DNA of 64,000 bases from Bacteriovoracia bacterium (lineage in GTDB: Bacteria; Bdellovibrionota; UBA1018; CAIPTA01): positions 96,001 to 160,000 of the forward strand of contig JBFWVL010000003.1 of the NCBI GenBank assembly GCA_050246755.1, written 5' to 3'. How positions within the stretch are numbered: position 1 is the first letter of the stretch; each line of letters starts with the position of its first letter. The position numbers and the translations under genes were made by a program. A model generated the notes under the pieces. It had not been told where the DNA came from, made no database searches, and worked only from the letters and a program-made list of their open reading frames with translations. Positions 40,670 through 49,815 of this stretch are shown piece by piece.

Positions 40670-42193
40670 CTAAGCGATTCTTTTTACTGCGCCGCTATTC
40701 GTTCTTGGCAAACGAATAACGAAGCGAGTATTAGGGCAAGTTGGATCCAAGCATAATTCGCCGCCGTGATTTTTTATGATTCCAGTGGAAATACTGAGGC
40801 CCAGACCGGTTCCTTGCCCAATTTCTTTGGTGGTAAAGAATGGCTGGAAAAGCTTCCGCTGAACTTCGGGAGAAATCCCATTCCCCGAATCCGTAACTTG
40901 AATTTCCAAAAAATCAGCCGAAGAAATCACGGATACTTTGATCCACTTCTCTCTTAACTTCGCCACGGCGTCATAGGAATTATTCAGCAAATTCAGGAGA
41001 GTTTGTGAGATTTCCACTGCCCTCCCAGAAAAAAATATACCTTCCGGAACGGGTTCGACATGCAGCGCAACCCCATGGGTAGCAAAGCGCTCTCCGCATA
41101 GGCTCACCGTATCGTCGATCAACTGGGCAACCTCCACATCCCTGGCTTCATCGTTACTTCCATCTCTCGAGAACGCTCTCAAGCCTTTTACAATCTTGCT
41201 AATTCTCTCCACCGTGCTTAGGAGCACCGAAAGGCTATTCCCCAAATCTCCTGAATTGATAGTGCCTTCAGCATTCATTTCGGAGAGTAACTCTATCTTC
41301 ATCTGGATCACGGCAAGAGGATTATTGATTTCATGCGCTACTCCGCCAGCCATCTCCCCAAGGGACGAAAGCTTTGCTGCCGCGACCATTTGCGCCCGTT
41401 GCTCTTGAATGATTTGATCACTCTGGGCCTGTTGAGTAATATCCAGAAGAATTCCGCTCAGGCCTACTGGCTTGCCGGCTTCGTCTCTTTGGACCTCCAC
41501 CACACTGCGAACGAAAATATAGCTCCCATCATTTTTTCGAACTCTGTACTGCATGGAATACGGAATTCCCTGCTCGCGCGACTGATCGATCAGCTTTCTT
41601 AGTTCTGCTTGATCGTCGGCATGAATTTTCTCAAAAACAACAGAGAGATCCGGTGGGGTTGCGGTGAGGGCTATTTCAAAAATCTCGTAGAGTTCATCCG
41701 ACCACCAAAGCGCGTCGTTGCCGAAATTCATTTCCCAGAAACCCAGTTTAGCTATCTTTTGGGCCTTCTTTAGCTGGCCTACGCTTTGGTTAAGGTTAAT
41801 TTGGGCCTGCTTCAACTCGGTTATATCGGTAAAAATCCCTAGGGTAAGCGCCATTTTTCCGGTTGCATCGAAGATAGGGCTCACCGTGGTTGCGGTATAA
41901 ACTTTTTTTCCGGTGATCCCGTGGATGAATACTATTTCGTATTGTTCACGCAATTGTCCCGCAATTCGCTTTTCTCGGCGCGAAAGAAAAGCATCGATGC
42001 TTTCGGGGGCAAAAAAGTTCGTGCACTCTTTTCCGATCGAATCTTCTCGGCTATACCCAATCAAGCGGCATTGGGCATCGTTCACAAATTCAATTCGGCC
42101 CTCTGGTGAGAGAAGGCAGAGCCCCTGCTCGCTCGTTTCCACGATTTTCTGATAGATTGTGGCGAGATCAATGCCCGCGATCTTGGAGTTCAT
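40670..42193 (-). CDS. Cytoplasmic PAS-PAS sensor histidine kinase
   Basis: Two PAS/PAC domains; GGVAHEINNPL; FQPFFTTK..GQGTGLGL. Confidence 0.92.
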   Translation of the reverse strand: MNSKIAGIDLATIYQKIVETSEQGLCLLSPEGRIEFVNDAQCRLIGYSREDSIGKECTNFFAPESIDAFLSRREKRIAGQLREQYEIVFIHGITGKKVYTATTVSPIFDATGKMALTLGIFTDITELKQAQINLNQSVGQLKKAQKIAKLGFWEMNFGNDALWWSDELYEIFEIALTATPPDLSVVFEKIHADDQAELRKLIDQSREQGIPYSMQYRVRKNDGSYIFVRSVVEVQRDEAGKPVGLSGILLDITQQAQSDQIIQEQRAQMVAAAKLSSLGEMAGGVAHEINNPLAVIQMKIELLSEMNAEGTINSGDLGNSLSVLLSTVERISKIVKGLRAFSRDGSNDEARDVEVAQLIDDTVSLCGERFATHGVALHVEPVPEGIFFSGRAVEISQTLLNLLNNSYDAVAKLREKWIKVSVISSADFLEIQVTDSGNGISPEVQRKLFQPFFTTKEIGQGTGLGLSISTGIIKNHGGELCLDPTCPNTRFVIRLPRTNSGAVKRIA

Positions 42194-42292
42194 CTGTTCC
42201 TATCGGCAAAACAGCGCCAAAAATAGAGCCTCCACCTCCTAGCGGATAATCTGAAAAATTTTAAGAAAACAACCGCTTCGCTTTAGGGCACG

Positions 42293-43732
42293 CTAGGTGC
42301 CACAAAAAGTTTTATATTCTTCGCCAGTAACGATGGGCGTGGCTCGATAATCCATATTTTGATCGGCCTCCTCGTAGGGAGCCCTAAGCGCCGCCAATAG
42401 CCGCCCCATCACCGCGTAGTCTTCCCGCTCCACCGCGGCAGCAAGCGCCTCCTCCACCCGATGATTGCGCGGAATCACTACGGGGTTACTAGATCGCATC
42501 AAGCTGGATGATGGCTGACGTAATTTCCACCGCGCATACCATTCCCTAAATGCAGCTTCTGCGAATAAACCATCACTCGGCAATGTCTCCGCAGAAAGCG
42601 CCCGAAACGTATTCGTATAATCCGATTTATGCAGCTCCATCAGCGCAAGCAAATCATTGATCAGCGTAATATCTCCTGCATCGTCCGATACCAGCCCCAA
42701 CTTCGCTCGCATCCCGCGTAAATATTGCGTCTCGAACATTCCCGGAAACCTAGCCAATACCTCTTGCGCCTTAGCCACCGCTAGCTCTTGATTCTCGTGC
42801 AACAGAGGCAATAGCGCCTCTCCTAGCCGCGCGAGATTCCAGCCCGCCAACTTGGGCTGATTCCCATAGGCATAGCGACCATTGCGATCGATCGAGCTGA
42901 AGAGCGTGGAGTGAGAGTAGTGGTCCATGAACGCGCAGGGGCCGTAGTCGATCGTTTCGCCGGAGAGTGCCATATTATCGGTATTCATCACGCCATGAAT
43001 GAACCCTACGCACATCCAGTTCGCGATGAGAGAAGCTTGGCGCTCCATCACGGCGAGGAGCAGCGCAAGATATGGTTCAGCCTGCGAAGCAAGCTCGGGA
43101 TAGTGGCGCTGGAGAGTATAGTCGGCGAGAATTTTTAGGCTGCCGGGCTTCTCTTTTTCCAGAGCGGCCGCGTACTCGAAAGTGCCCACACGAATATGGC
43201 TCGAAGCCACGCGGGTTAGAACTGCTCCCGGCAATGGCTGCTCGCGGAACACGGGTTCGCCGGTGGTAACCACGGCGAGGCTGCGCGTAGTGGGAATTCT
43301 TAAAGCGTGCATCGCCTCGCTGATAATATATTCGCGTAGCATAGGACCAAGCGCGGCGCGACCGTCGCCACGGCGTGAAAAGGGCGTTGGGCCCGACCCC
43401 TTGAGCTGAATATCGAAGCGCTCTTTGCTTGGAGTGACATGCTCCCCTAGCAAGTTTGCGCGGCCGTCGCCCAGCATATTGAAATGGCCGAACTGGTGGC
43501 CGGCATAGGCTTGGGCAATGGGTTCGGCGCCTTCGAGAATTTTATTGCCGGCGAAGATTTCGGGCTGTTGGCTTAGGGCTTCGGCATCTAGGCCAAGAGT
43601 TTTAGCGAAATCATGATTGAAGATCGCCATCTTGGGCGCTTTAACCGGCGTGGGATTGATGTGAGCGAAGAACTGCTCGGGGAGGGCCGAGTAGGTATTG
43701 TCGAAAGAGAAGCCAAACATAGATTTTGACAT
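42293..43732 (-). CDS. selO: Protein adenylyltransferase SelO (YdiU)
   Basis: [40 protein letters not shown] and C-terminal FCGT. Confidence 0.93.
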   Translation of the reverse strand: MSKSMFGFSFDNTYSALPEQFFAHINPTPVKAPKMAIFNHDFAKTLGLDAEALSQQPEIFAGNKILEGAEPIAQAYAGHQFGHFNMLGDGRANLLGEHVTPSKERFDIQLKGSGPTPFSRRGDGRAALGPMLREYIISEAMHALRIPTTRSLAVVTTGEPVFREQPLPGAVLTRVASSHIRVGTFEYAAALEKEKPGSLKILADYTLQRHYPELASQAEPYLALLLAVMERQASLIANWMCVGFIHGVMNTDNMALSGETIDYGPCAFMDHYSHSTLFSSIDRNGRYAYGNQPKLAGWNLARLGEALLPLLHENQELAVAKAQEVLARFPGMFETQYLRGMRAKLGLVSDDAGDITLINDLLALMELHKSDYTNTFRALSAETLPSDGLFAEAAFREWYARWKLRQPSSSLMRSSNPVVIPRNHRVEEALAAAVEREDYAVMGRLLAALRAPYEEADQNMDYRATPIVTGEEYKTFCGT

Positions 43733-43778
43733 TTAAGCTCTCCTAAATTTTTAACTCACTAAAATAATTATGAAAAAC

Positions 43779-44621
43779 CTAATCGATCTTTGCCGTTTTA
43801 GCTTTTTCTATTAAATACGAGCAAAAAGATGCACATGCGCCGAACATAAATAGCGCATCTGCTTCATCGACGCCGGAAACTTCATTCAGAGATGAATGTC
43901 TTACGCCTCGCTCATCACTACTGTATCCGTACAGTTTCTCTAATCCGCCCTTAAATGCCGTATGAATTTCAATTCCATGATCAGAAAGTCGCTTTAACGC
44001 CTCTCCCAAAGTTGCCTTAGGCGATTTAGTGATAATGCAAGCAACCGACTCTACGGAATGAATACTCTCACGAACAGACGATTCAAATTTACCTGCCATC
44101 AGCTCTGAGGAAGCCTTCGCTAGATGTTCACTCGCACCTGAATATTTTTCTTTCGAAATAACCGCTAGAGATTCTTCTATAGCTTGGGCTTGCTCTTGAC
44201 TCGTAATCGGATAAAAAAACATCTCATCAAAATTAAATCTGTAAGCCGCTCTGCAATTTTCAAAATCAAATCCTATTTTATAAGCTAACCGCTTCGGGCA
44301 CTTAGGATGCCTCAGGTAATACTCCAAAAAATCCATTACGATAGGAAATGGCCCCTCCAGAAGAATTGGTTTAACTATTCTTTTTAGCGAGTCCAGATGG
44401 ACATGGACTTCATCTGCAGGAATATCTAGCAGATTAATACATAGGTCTTTGACTAGAGTTTCATTTTCCCCCAATAACCAACCACCACTCGTCTTCTGTT
44501 GCCAATCTTCAAAAATTGCCGACCAAGCCCGGTTTCGCAAAGAACCGCTTAACTCGTCAGACCTGAGCTGTTCCGGTAAAGAAGCTAATCCCATTCTTTG
44601 AGAAAACGTGAGCTCACTCAT
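43779..44621 (-). CDS. AbiJ-N-terminal-domain-type protein with a HEPN-like C-terminus (putative anti-phage)
   Basis: FSQRMG...LRNRAWS N-terminus; SVRESIHSVES; LYGYSSDERGVRH; AT-rich; ATG 44621. Confidence 0.65.
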   Translation of the reverse strand: MSELTFSQRMGLASLPEQLRSDELSGSLRNRAWSAIFEDWQQKTSGGWLLGENETLVKDLCINLLDIPADEVHVHLDSLKRIVKPILLEGPFPIVMDFLEYYLRHPKCPKRLAYKIGFDFENCRAAYRFNFDEMFFYPITSQEQAQAIEESLAVISKEKYSGASEHLAKASSELMAGKFESSVRESIHSVESVACIITKSPKATLGEALKRLSDHGIEIHTAFKGGLEKLYGYSSDERGVRHSSLNEVSGVDEADALFMFGACASFCSYLIEKAKTAKID

Positions 44622-44678
44622 TTTTATCCCTCGAACTAGTAATGCTGAAAATTCTCTTTCAAAAGAACCTTCTAAAAT

Positions 44679-44708
44679 AAAAAAAAGCCGCCCCTTGCGG
44701 GACAGCTT
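44679..44708 (-). terminator. Intrinsic terminator after tRNA-Asp
   Basis: AAGCTGTCCC-GCAA-GGGGCGGCTT followed by a T run on the minus strand. Confidence 0.85.
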
Positions 44709-44718
44709 CTTCAAAAGT

Positions 44719-44795
44719 TGGCGGAGCGTGCGGGACTCGAACCCGCGGCCTTCCGCGTGACAGGCGGACGTTATAACCAACTTAACTAACGCTCC
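44719..44795 (-). tRNA. tRNA-Asp (GTC)
   Basis: GGAGCGT acceptor stem; anticodon arm TCCGC-CTGTCAC-GCGGA; GGTTCGAGTCC T-loop; encoded CCA; 77 nt. Confidence 0.97.
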
Positions 44796-44833
44796 GAATA
44801 CTTAAAAATCTTCGGCTCTGAGATCAATAAAAG

Positions 44834-44950
44834 CTATTTAGCTTTCTTGGCCTTGCCACCGGCTTTAGCGGCGCGAATTTTCGCCTTCTTCTTGGCCTGG
44901 TTACGGCGCAATTTCATCTTAATCGTAAGTCTTTTTCTGCCTCTGCCCAT
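44834..44950 (-). CDS. 38-aa highly basic protein (below the ORF-track cutoff)
   Basis: MGRGRKRLTIKMKLRRNQAKKKAKIRAAKAGGKAKKAK; AAAGG upstream of ATG. Confidence 0.7.
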   Translation of the reverse strand: MGRGRKRLTIKMKLRRNQAKKKAKIRAAKAGGKAKKAK

Positions 44951-45023
44951 TGATCTGCCTTTCGTGAACCTTTGAGAACTATAGGGATTACAAAACTTTT
45001 CTGTTTCGATCAACTGTAAAAGG

Positions 45024-45051
45024 GAAAAGCGCCTGATTTAAGGCGCTTTTC
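45024..45051 (-). terminator. Intrinsic terminator
   Basis: GAAAAGCGCCT-N6-AGGCGCTTTTC hairpin followed by CCTTTT on the minus strand. Confidence 0.75.
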
Positions 45052-45052
45052 G

Positions 45053-45574
45053 CTATTCAGTCTTGCGTCGAAGCTGTTGCTGCCTCACGTCACGCCGCGG
45101 TTTGCCGTCGCCGTAGTTCGAAGAGGTGGAACGATACGTCGTCTCCAGGAGGAGGTTATCGTTTACCCATTCGAGGGTTACGTACTCGTTCACGGTGCGA
45201 TTCGCGTAGCAAATCACCCGGGAAGTCTCGAGCACGGAACCATATTCGGTGGAATTCCAGCGGTAGCGAACGGCCCCGCGGAAATCGTCTTCGGCAATGG
45301 TGCGGATCTTATCGTCGGGAACGATCACGGTACCGCTGTCCTGGAGGTTAGAAGCTCCACGAACTTTGAGCCACGAGCACTTATGCTGCTCGATCTGAAC
45401 TTGCTTGCCCGTTTCGGATTTCCAGGCACCGCTGAAGTCCACGCAAGCCCACGGAATAGGATCCTCGTCACCACGGCGGTACGTGCCATTGTCTCGGCTC
45501 GCCGCCTGGGCCGTTAAATTAGCCAGCAGTAATGCTAGCGTAAGAAAAATTCCCCACCCGGAAATTTTCTTCAT
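45053..45574 (-). CDS. Secreted hypothetical protein
   Basis: Signal peptide; CVDFSGAW motif; ATGA overlap with the upstream regulator. Confidence 0.7.
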   Translation of the reverse strand: MKKISGWGIFLTLALLLANLTAQAASRDNGTYRRGDEDPIPWACVDFSGAWKSETGKQVQIEQHKCSWLKVRGASNLQDSGTVIVPDDKIRTIAEDDFRGAVRYRWNSTEYGSVLETSRVICYANRTVNEYVTLEWVNDNLLLETTYRSTSSNYGDGKPRRDVRQQQLRRKTE

Positions 45575-46899
45575 AGTCCCACCTCTCCACGATTAGGACG
45601 AATACCGATATCCGGCTTCGCCGGCCCCTCTACGGAACCACCCGGGCTTGCTTTACGCACGCGCGAGCTCACTTCTTCTAAAACTACGGTGGCGCTGAAG
45701 GCATAGCCGTCGCGCTCGTTTAAAATATAGATAGGACGCTTGAAATCGGGCTCGATGAGCTTTCTCAGGCGGCTGATCGAAGTATAGACCTTCGAATCGT
45801 GAATCATGGGGTTATAGGACTCACGCCAGATCTTATCCACGAGGTCTTCCTTGGAGTAGATCTTCCCGGGCTGCGAAGCCAGGAGGTAGAAAATCTCGAG
45901 GAGCACGAAACGGCGCTCGAAGTGCACTTCGCCGATTTTTGGCTCGATAATCACTTTGCGTTCACGGTCGATCAGGAGGCGGTTGCCGTGATCTACGGTA
46001 ACTTTAGAAACTTTATCAAGCACTCGCTTGAGGCGGTTGAGCTCGAGGTCGCTCACGGCGTCGGCGATGAGATCGAAGAAAATTTGCGCGCGTTCGGCGT
46101 TACCGAGGGCCACATAGGCTTGGCCGAGGCCGAGGAGCACGTAGTAGTAGTTACCCCAGTTGCGGTGGCTCTTGAGGATGCTGTGGGCGGCCCAGTAGCG
46201 ATCGAGAGCCTTCTGGGGCTCGCCTAGATCACGCAGACAGTGGCCCTGCAGGATCGTGATGGTGGCTTCGAGATCGTGGAGCTGCTGAAATTCGAAGGCC
46301 CTCTCTCCGTGAGTGAGGTCATAGATCTCCTGTATGAGATCTTCAGTATGCTTTAACGCCACCGCAGGATTTTTACTGTCTTTGTCCAGAGTGGCGATGC
46401 AGTAGCGGTTGACCAAAGAATCGCGGATCAGCTCTTCGCGATCACGCTTGGAGATGGACTCGTCTTTGAGTAATTCAGCGATACTGGCGCTGGACTGTTC
46501 GAAGTGCACACGGGCCAGCACGGGCTCATTGCGATGCATGGCCGCTACGCCCTGGTTGAAATCGATCTTGGGCTGGTAGCGCTTAAAAGATTTCAGGCTC
46601 GAGCCCACTTGCGCGATCTCGCGCATCAGGGATTCACATTTATCAAAGTCTAGGCGTTCAGCATGGATACGCAGGAGCGAGTTGATGGAGCGGAAGTAAT
46701 TATCGTAAAGATGGAACTGGAGGGCTTCGGTTTTTACTTTTTCGAAGCAGTCCACGGCGTTCGGGAAATCGCATTTTTCCACGTAGAGCTGGCCGAGCTC
46801 AAAAAGAGCGTGATTGCGAAAAATAAGGTCTTCCGCGTTCTCCGCGCTTACCTTCGAGTAGATTTTTTTGAGGCCGGAGCCTTCCATCGGTCTTTCCAA
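45571..46899 (-). CDS. TPR-repeat protein with a C-terminal OmpR-type winged-helix DNA-binding domain
   Basis: TPR-like helices; PGKIYSKEDLVDKIW..YTSISRLRKLIEPD..ILNERDGY; GGAGGGGG RBS before TTG. Confidence 0.85.
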   Translation of the reverse strand: MERPMEGSGLKKIYSKVSAENAEDLIFRNHALFELGQLYVEKCDFPNAVDCFEKVKTEALQFHLYDNYFRSINSLLRIHAERLDFDKCESLMREIAQVGSSLKSFKRYQPKIDFNQGVAAMHRNEPVLARVHFEQSSASIAELLKDESISKRDREELIRDSLVNRYCIATLDKDSKNPAVALKHTEDLIQEIYDLTHGERAFEFQQLHDLEATITILQGHCLRDLGEPQKALDRYWAAHSILKSHRNWGNYYYVLLGLGQAYVALGNAERAQIFFDLIADAVSDLELNRLKRVLDKVSKVTVDHGNRLLIDRERKVIIEPKIGEVHFERRFVLLEIFYLLASQPGKIYSKEDLVDKIWRESYNPMIHDSKVYTSISRLRKLIEPDFKRPIYILNERDGYAFSATVVLEEVSSRVRKASPGGSVEGPAKPDIGIRPNRGEVGL

Positions 46900-46937
46900 C
46901 GTGCCCCCCTCCGGTGCGCGTGAAGTTCAAATTCAGT

Positions 46938-47111
46938 GTTCCCGGGAAAGACCGTTGGGTAGCGGCTTTCCAACCCCGAGTATAAAGTGGGCACCGTATC
47001 GTGACTTCAGGCTTCCGAGACAAGCACGGCATGCTCACCGCCACGAGGAACAGCTCCCGGGATTGTATATGTAGGGTGGAAAACACATGACCCGAATTCC
47101 CCCCCAGGAAC
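46938..47111 (-). ncRNA. ssrS: 6S RNA
   Basis: 174 nt. The 5' GTTCCTGGGGGGGA pairs with the 3' TCTTTCCCGGGAAC, GGGT pairs with ACCC, and TTTTCCACCC pairs with GGGTTGGAAAG. There is a central A-rich bubble and 6S-like GGTGAGCATG and GGAAGCCT motifs. A TTGTCA...TGCTATATT promoter lies just upstream. Confidence 0.8.
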
Positions 47112-47450
47112 GCATGCGAATATAGCAGCCTTTAAAAACCTGACAAAGTGTAAAATTCGAGAACAAAAGAAAGATTTTCCAGTGAAATTCGCACGTAGAA
47201 GTAGCTGGAAGCACGCCGCTTTTTTAATCAGCCGTTTAACTTTCCCACAATGACGCAGCCCAAATAAACCCGAGTCATTTACTTTGAAGCATTGAGTCAA
47301 GACATGTTTTCGCCCTTTATCGCCGCCTGCATCGTCGTGGGTAGAAATAAATTTTATTTATGCGAGCGCCGGTGAAGACTTTTCTCCGGAGCGATTCTCG
47401 TTTTCTGTTGGCGGTTGATTAGTGAAACCCCTGTTGCTAAGCTCGTTTAC

Positions 47451-49025
47451 ATGGCCACTTCGCTCCTTCTCGCCGACGACAGCCCCACGATCGCCAAGAT
47501 TCTGGGCATGGCTTTGCAGTCGGAAGACTACGAAATCCGCTCGGTGCTTAATGCCGACGATGCGGTACGCGAGCTGAAGGCCAATCCTCCCTTCTTCTTT
47601 CTCGTGGACCTTACCCTGCCCGGCAAAGACGGCTTTGCATTCGCCGAGATGATCCGCAACGACTCCAAGCTAGCAAAAATTAAAGTGGTACTGCTCTCGA
47701 GCGCTTTTGAGCCCGTGGACGAAGAAGCCGTGAAGGCCTGCGGCGCCGATCTCGTGATCGCCAAACCCTTCGATCCTTCCGAGCTGCGTGCAAGCCTTCG
47801 GCAGATTAAAGACGCCCCCCCTAAGTTTCCTTCGGGCAGTAAAGTGCAGGGGTCCCTTTCTGGACAAGCTATAAAAGCCCCGGAACGCACCTCGCTCACC
47901 GATACTTCGCTTAGCCAAGCCCGCGACGTAATTTCCGGCCCGGCCCCCGAAGAGCTTCTGCTGGGCATGCAAAACGACGGCGACGCGAATTCTATTTTAG
48001 CTAGTCTCGCCGAAAATGCTCCACCTCCCGCGGAGTTCGGAATAGCGGAAGGCCCGGCAATCAGCCTTGAGGCCCCTAGCGGTGAGCCGGAAAGCGCCGT
48101 CGAGCTTGGCAATGCGGACGGTAACGCCACGGCGATGCTCGACCTCTCGGGTGGGATGCCGGCCTCGCCTATTCCCGAAACGGTGCTCGATCTCTCGGGC
48201 TCCTTTGGAACCCCTAGTGCGGGCACCAATGGGCCGGGGCTTTCGGCGAACGCGAATCCCGGCGAACTTGTGCTAGGCGATGAGCCGCCGGCCTTTAAAC
48301 CCTCCACGAGCGAAGCGCCTCCGTCCTTCAAGAAGCCCTCGCCCCCTCCTGACTTTAAAACTCCCGCTGCGCCGTCGGCGCCCGAGGCAGACTTAAGCCC
48401 GAATGCCGCTGCCCTCGCCGCTTTTTTCTCAGCCGAGATCGATGCCAAGCAGTCTAGCGATACGCCCCCTTCGCCTCCGCCGGCCAACGAGCCCGAGGAA
48501 TTCGATGCCAGCCTCGCAAGCATCGAATGGGAAAATAGTTCTCCCGCCGACCTCGATGCCTGGAGCGCCAGCTCGCAACCCGCCGCTCCTTCCGTGCCAC
48601 CGCGGTCGGCCCCGCCCACCGCGCCGCCCCGTTCTGCTCCGGTGCGTTCGGGCGCCAGCAACGCGCAGAATTCTCCGGGCTCGTTTCTCTTTGATACCGG
48701 GGGCTCGAATTTCCGTTTCGCCGAAGACTATATCAACCGGATCACGAAGGCTTTCGTAGGCCATCCCGCCGAAGAATTGCCCAAAGAGCATACCGAGGCG
48801 CTGTTTCCTCAGGCGAGCAGCGATGCTCCCCGCGCCTCGGCCGGCACCGGGGCCGCAAACTGGAATCCGGTGGACGCGCAGAAGATGGAACAGATCGTGC
48901 GCGAAGAAGTGCAGATGGCCGTGCGCGAAGTGGTGGAAAAAATCGCCTGGGAAATCATCCCGGAGCTCGCCGAGAATCTGATCAAAAAAGAGCTCGAAAA
49001 GGTGATGAAGCAGATGGAGAGCTAA
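47451..49025 (+). CDS. romR: RomR-like polarity response regulator
   Basis: N-terminal receiver (LADDS, KPF); long Pro/Ser/Ala-rich linker; C-terminal VREVVEKIAWEIIPELAENLIKKELE. Confidence 0.8.
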   Translation: MATSLLLADDSPTIAKILGMALQSEDYEIRSVLNADDAVRELKANPPFFFLVDLTLPGKDGFAFAEMIRNDSKLAKIKVVLLSSAFEPVDEEAVKACGADLVIAKPFDPSELRASLRQIKDAPPKFPSGSKVQGSLSGQAIKAPERTSLTDTSLSQARDVISGPAPEELLLGMQNDGDANSILASLAENAPPPAEFGIAEGPAISLEAPSGEPESAVELGNADGNATAMLDLSGGMPASPIPETVLDLSGSFGTPSAGTNGPGLSANANPGELVLGDEPPAFKPSTSEAPPSFKKPSPPPDFKTPAAPSAPEADLSPNAAALAAFFSAEIDAKQSSDTPPSPPPANEPEEFDASLASIEWENSSPADLDAWSASSQPAAPSVPPRSAPPTAPPRSAPVRSGASNAQNSPGSFLFDTGGSNFRFAEDYINRITKAFVGHPAEELPKEHTEALFPQASSDAPRASAGTGAANWNPVDAQKMEQIVREEVQMAVREVVEKIAWEIIPELAENLIKKELEKVMKQMES

Positions 49026-49077
49026 TTTGCGGCGCCGCAAATTTTGTTCGATTTTCGAACTAACGCATACAGGTTTC

Positions 49078-49815
49078 TTAAAATTTTTTAACGAATCGCA
49101 CGCTTACGGCTTCGCTGGAAAGCTTACGCCGGGCTCCGTTCTCATCGGCTACTTCTAGCTCTCCCGAAGGCAGCAAAACGATTGCCTTCCAGCCACCCTC
49201 CTCGCCCTGAATCGTAAGCTCGGTGCCGGAAAGATGGGCCGCGCGCTCCCAAAGTCTTCGCAGGTCTTCGAAATTTTGAATTTCGCGGGTTAGGTGCACG
49301 AGCTCGCCCAAAAATGATTTCGCGAAGATCTCGGGGCCGGGAGGAGAAACAAATTCCGACACGGCAACCGCTTCGGGCTCCATGCCCTGCGGGGCCCGTG
49401 CGAGGTTGAGCCCGATGCCCACCACCAGATCCGTGGCTAAACCCTGCTGGCGGGCCTGTGCGAGGATGCCGGCGAGCTTTCGGCCGTCCAAATAAATATC
49501 ATTTGGCCATTTGAGGCGGAGGTCCAGGCCGCGGGGCAATAGATCCACCAGCACCCGGTAAGCGGCTAGGCCGATGAGAAAAGAATAGAGGGGGGCCCGG
49601 GAAGATTCGCTCTCACGGAACGCCACGCTAAGGGCGAGGTTTCCTTCGGGGGAGTTCCACTCGCGGCCACGGCGCCCCTGCCCCGCGGTCTGGCTGAGGG
49701 CCAGCAGCGCGGTGCCAGCGAATCCGTCGTGGTCTCGCCGGGAAAGCAATAGTTCGTTGGTGGATCCGCACTCCGCGATCACGTCGAGGGTGAATTCCTG
49801 CGCCGGAAACATCAT
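49078..49815 (-). CDS. birA: Biotin-[acetyl-CoA-carboxylase] ligase without HTH
   Basis: STN, QTAGQGRRGR, KWPND, KLAGIL and GIGLN motifs. Confidence 0.92.
   Translation of the reverse strand: MMFPAQEFTLDVIAECGSTNELLLSRRDHDGFAGTALLALSQTAGQGRRGREWNSPEGNLALSVAFRESESSRAPLYSFLIGLAAYRVLVDLLPRGLDLRLKWPNDIYLDGRKLAGILAQARQQGLATDLVVGIGLNLARAPQGMEPEAVAVSEFVSPPGPEIFAKSFLGELVHLTREIQNFEDLRRLWERAAHLSGTELTIQGEEGGWKAIVLLPSGELEVADENGARRKLSSEAVSVRFVKKF

Noticed and set aside
44622-44780. N-terminal extension of the 333-aa ORF (MVITSACHAEGRGFESR...)
   Set aside because: It is the tRNA-Asp gene and terminator read in frame; the real start is probably ATG 44621.
46799-47300. Short ORFs of 68-97 aa around 46.8-47.3 kb
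   Set aside because: The region is better explained by the 6S RNA and promoter DNA.
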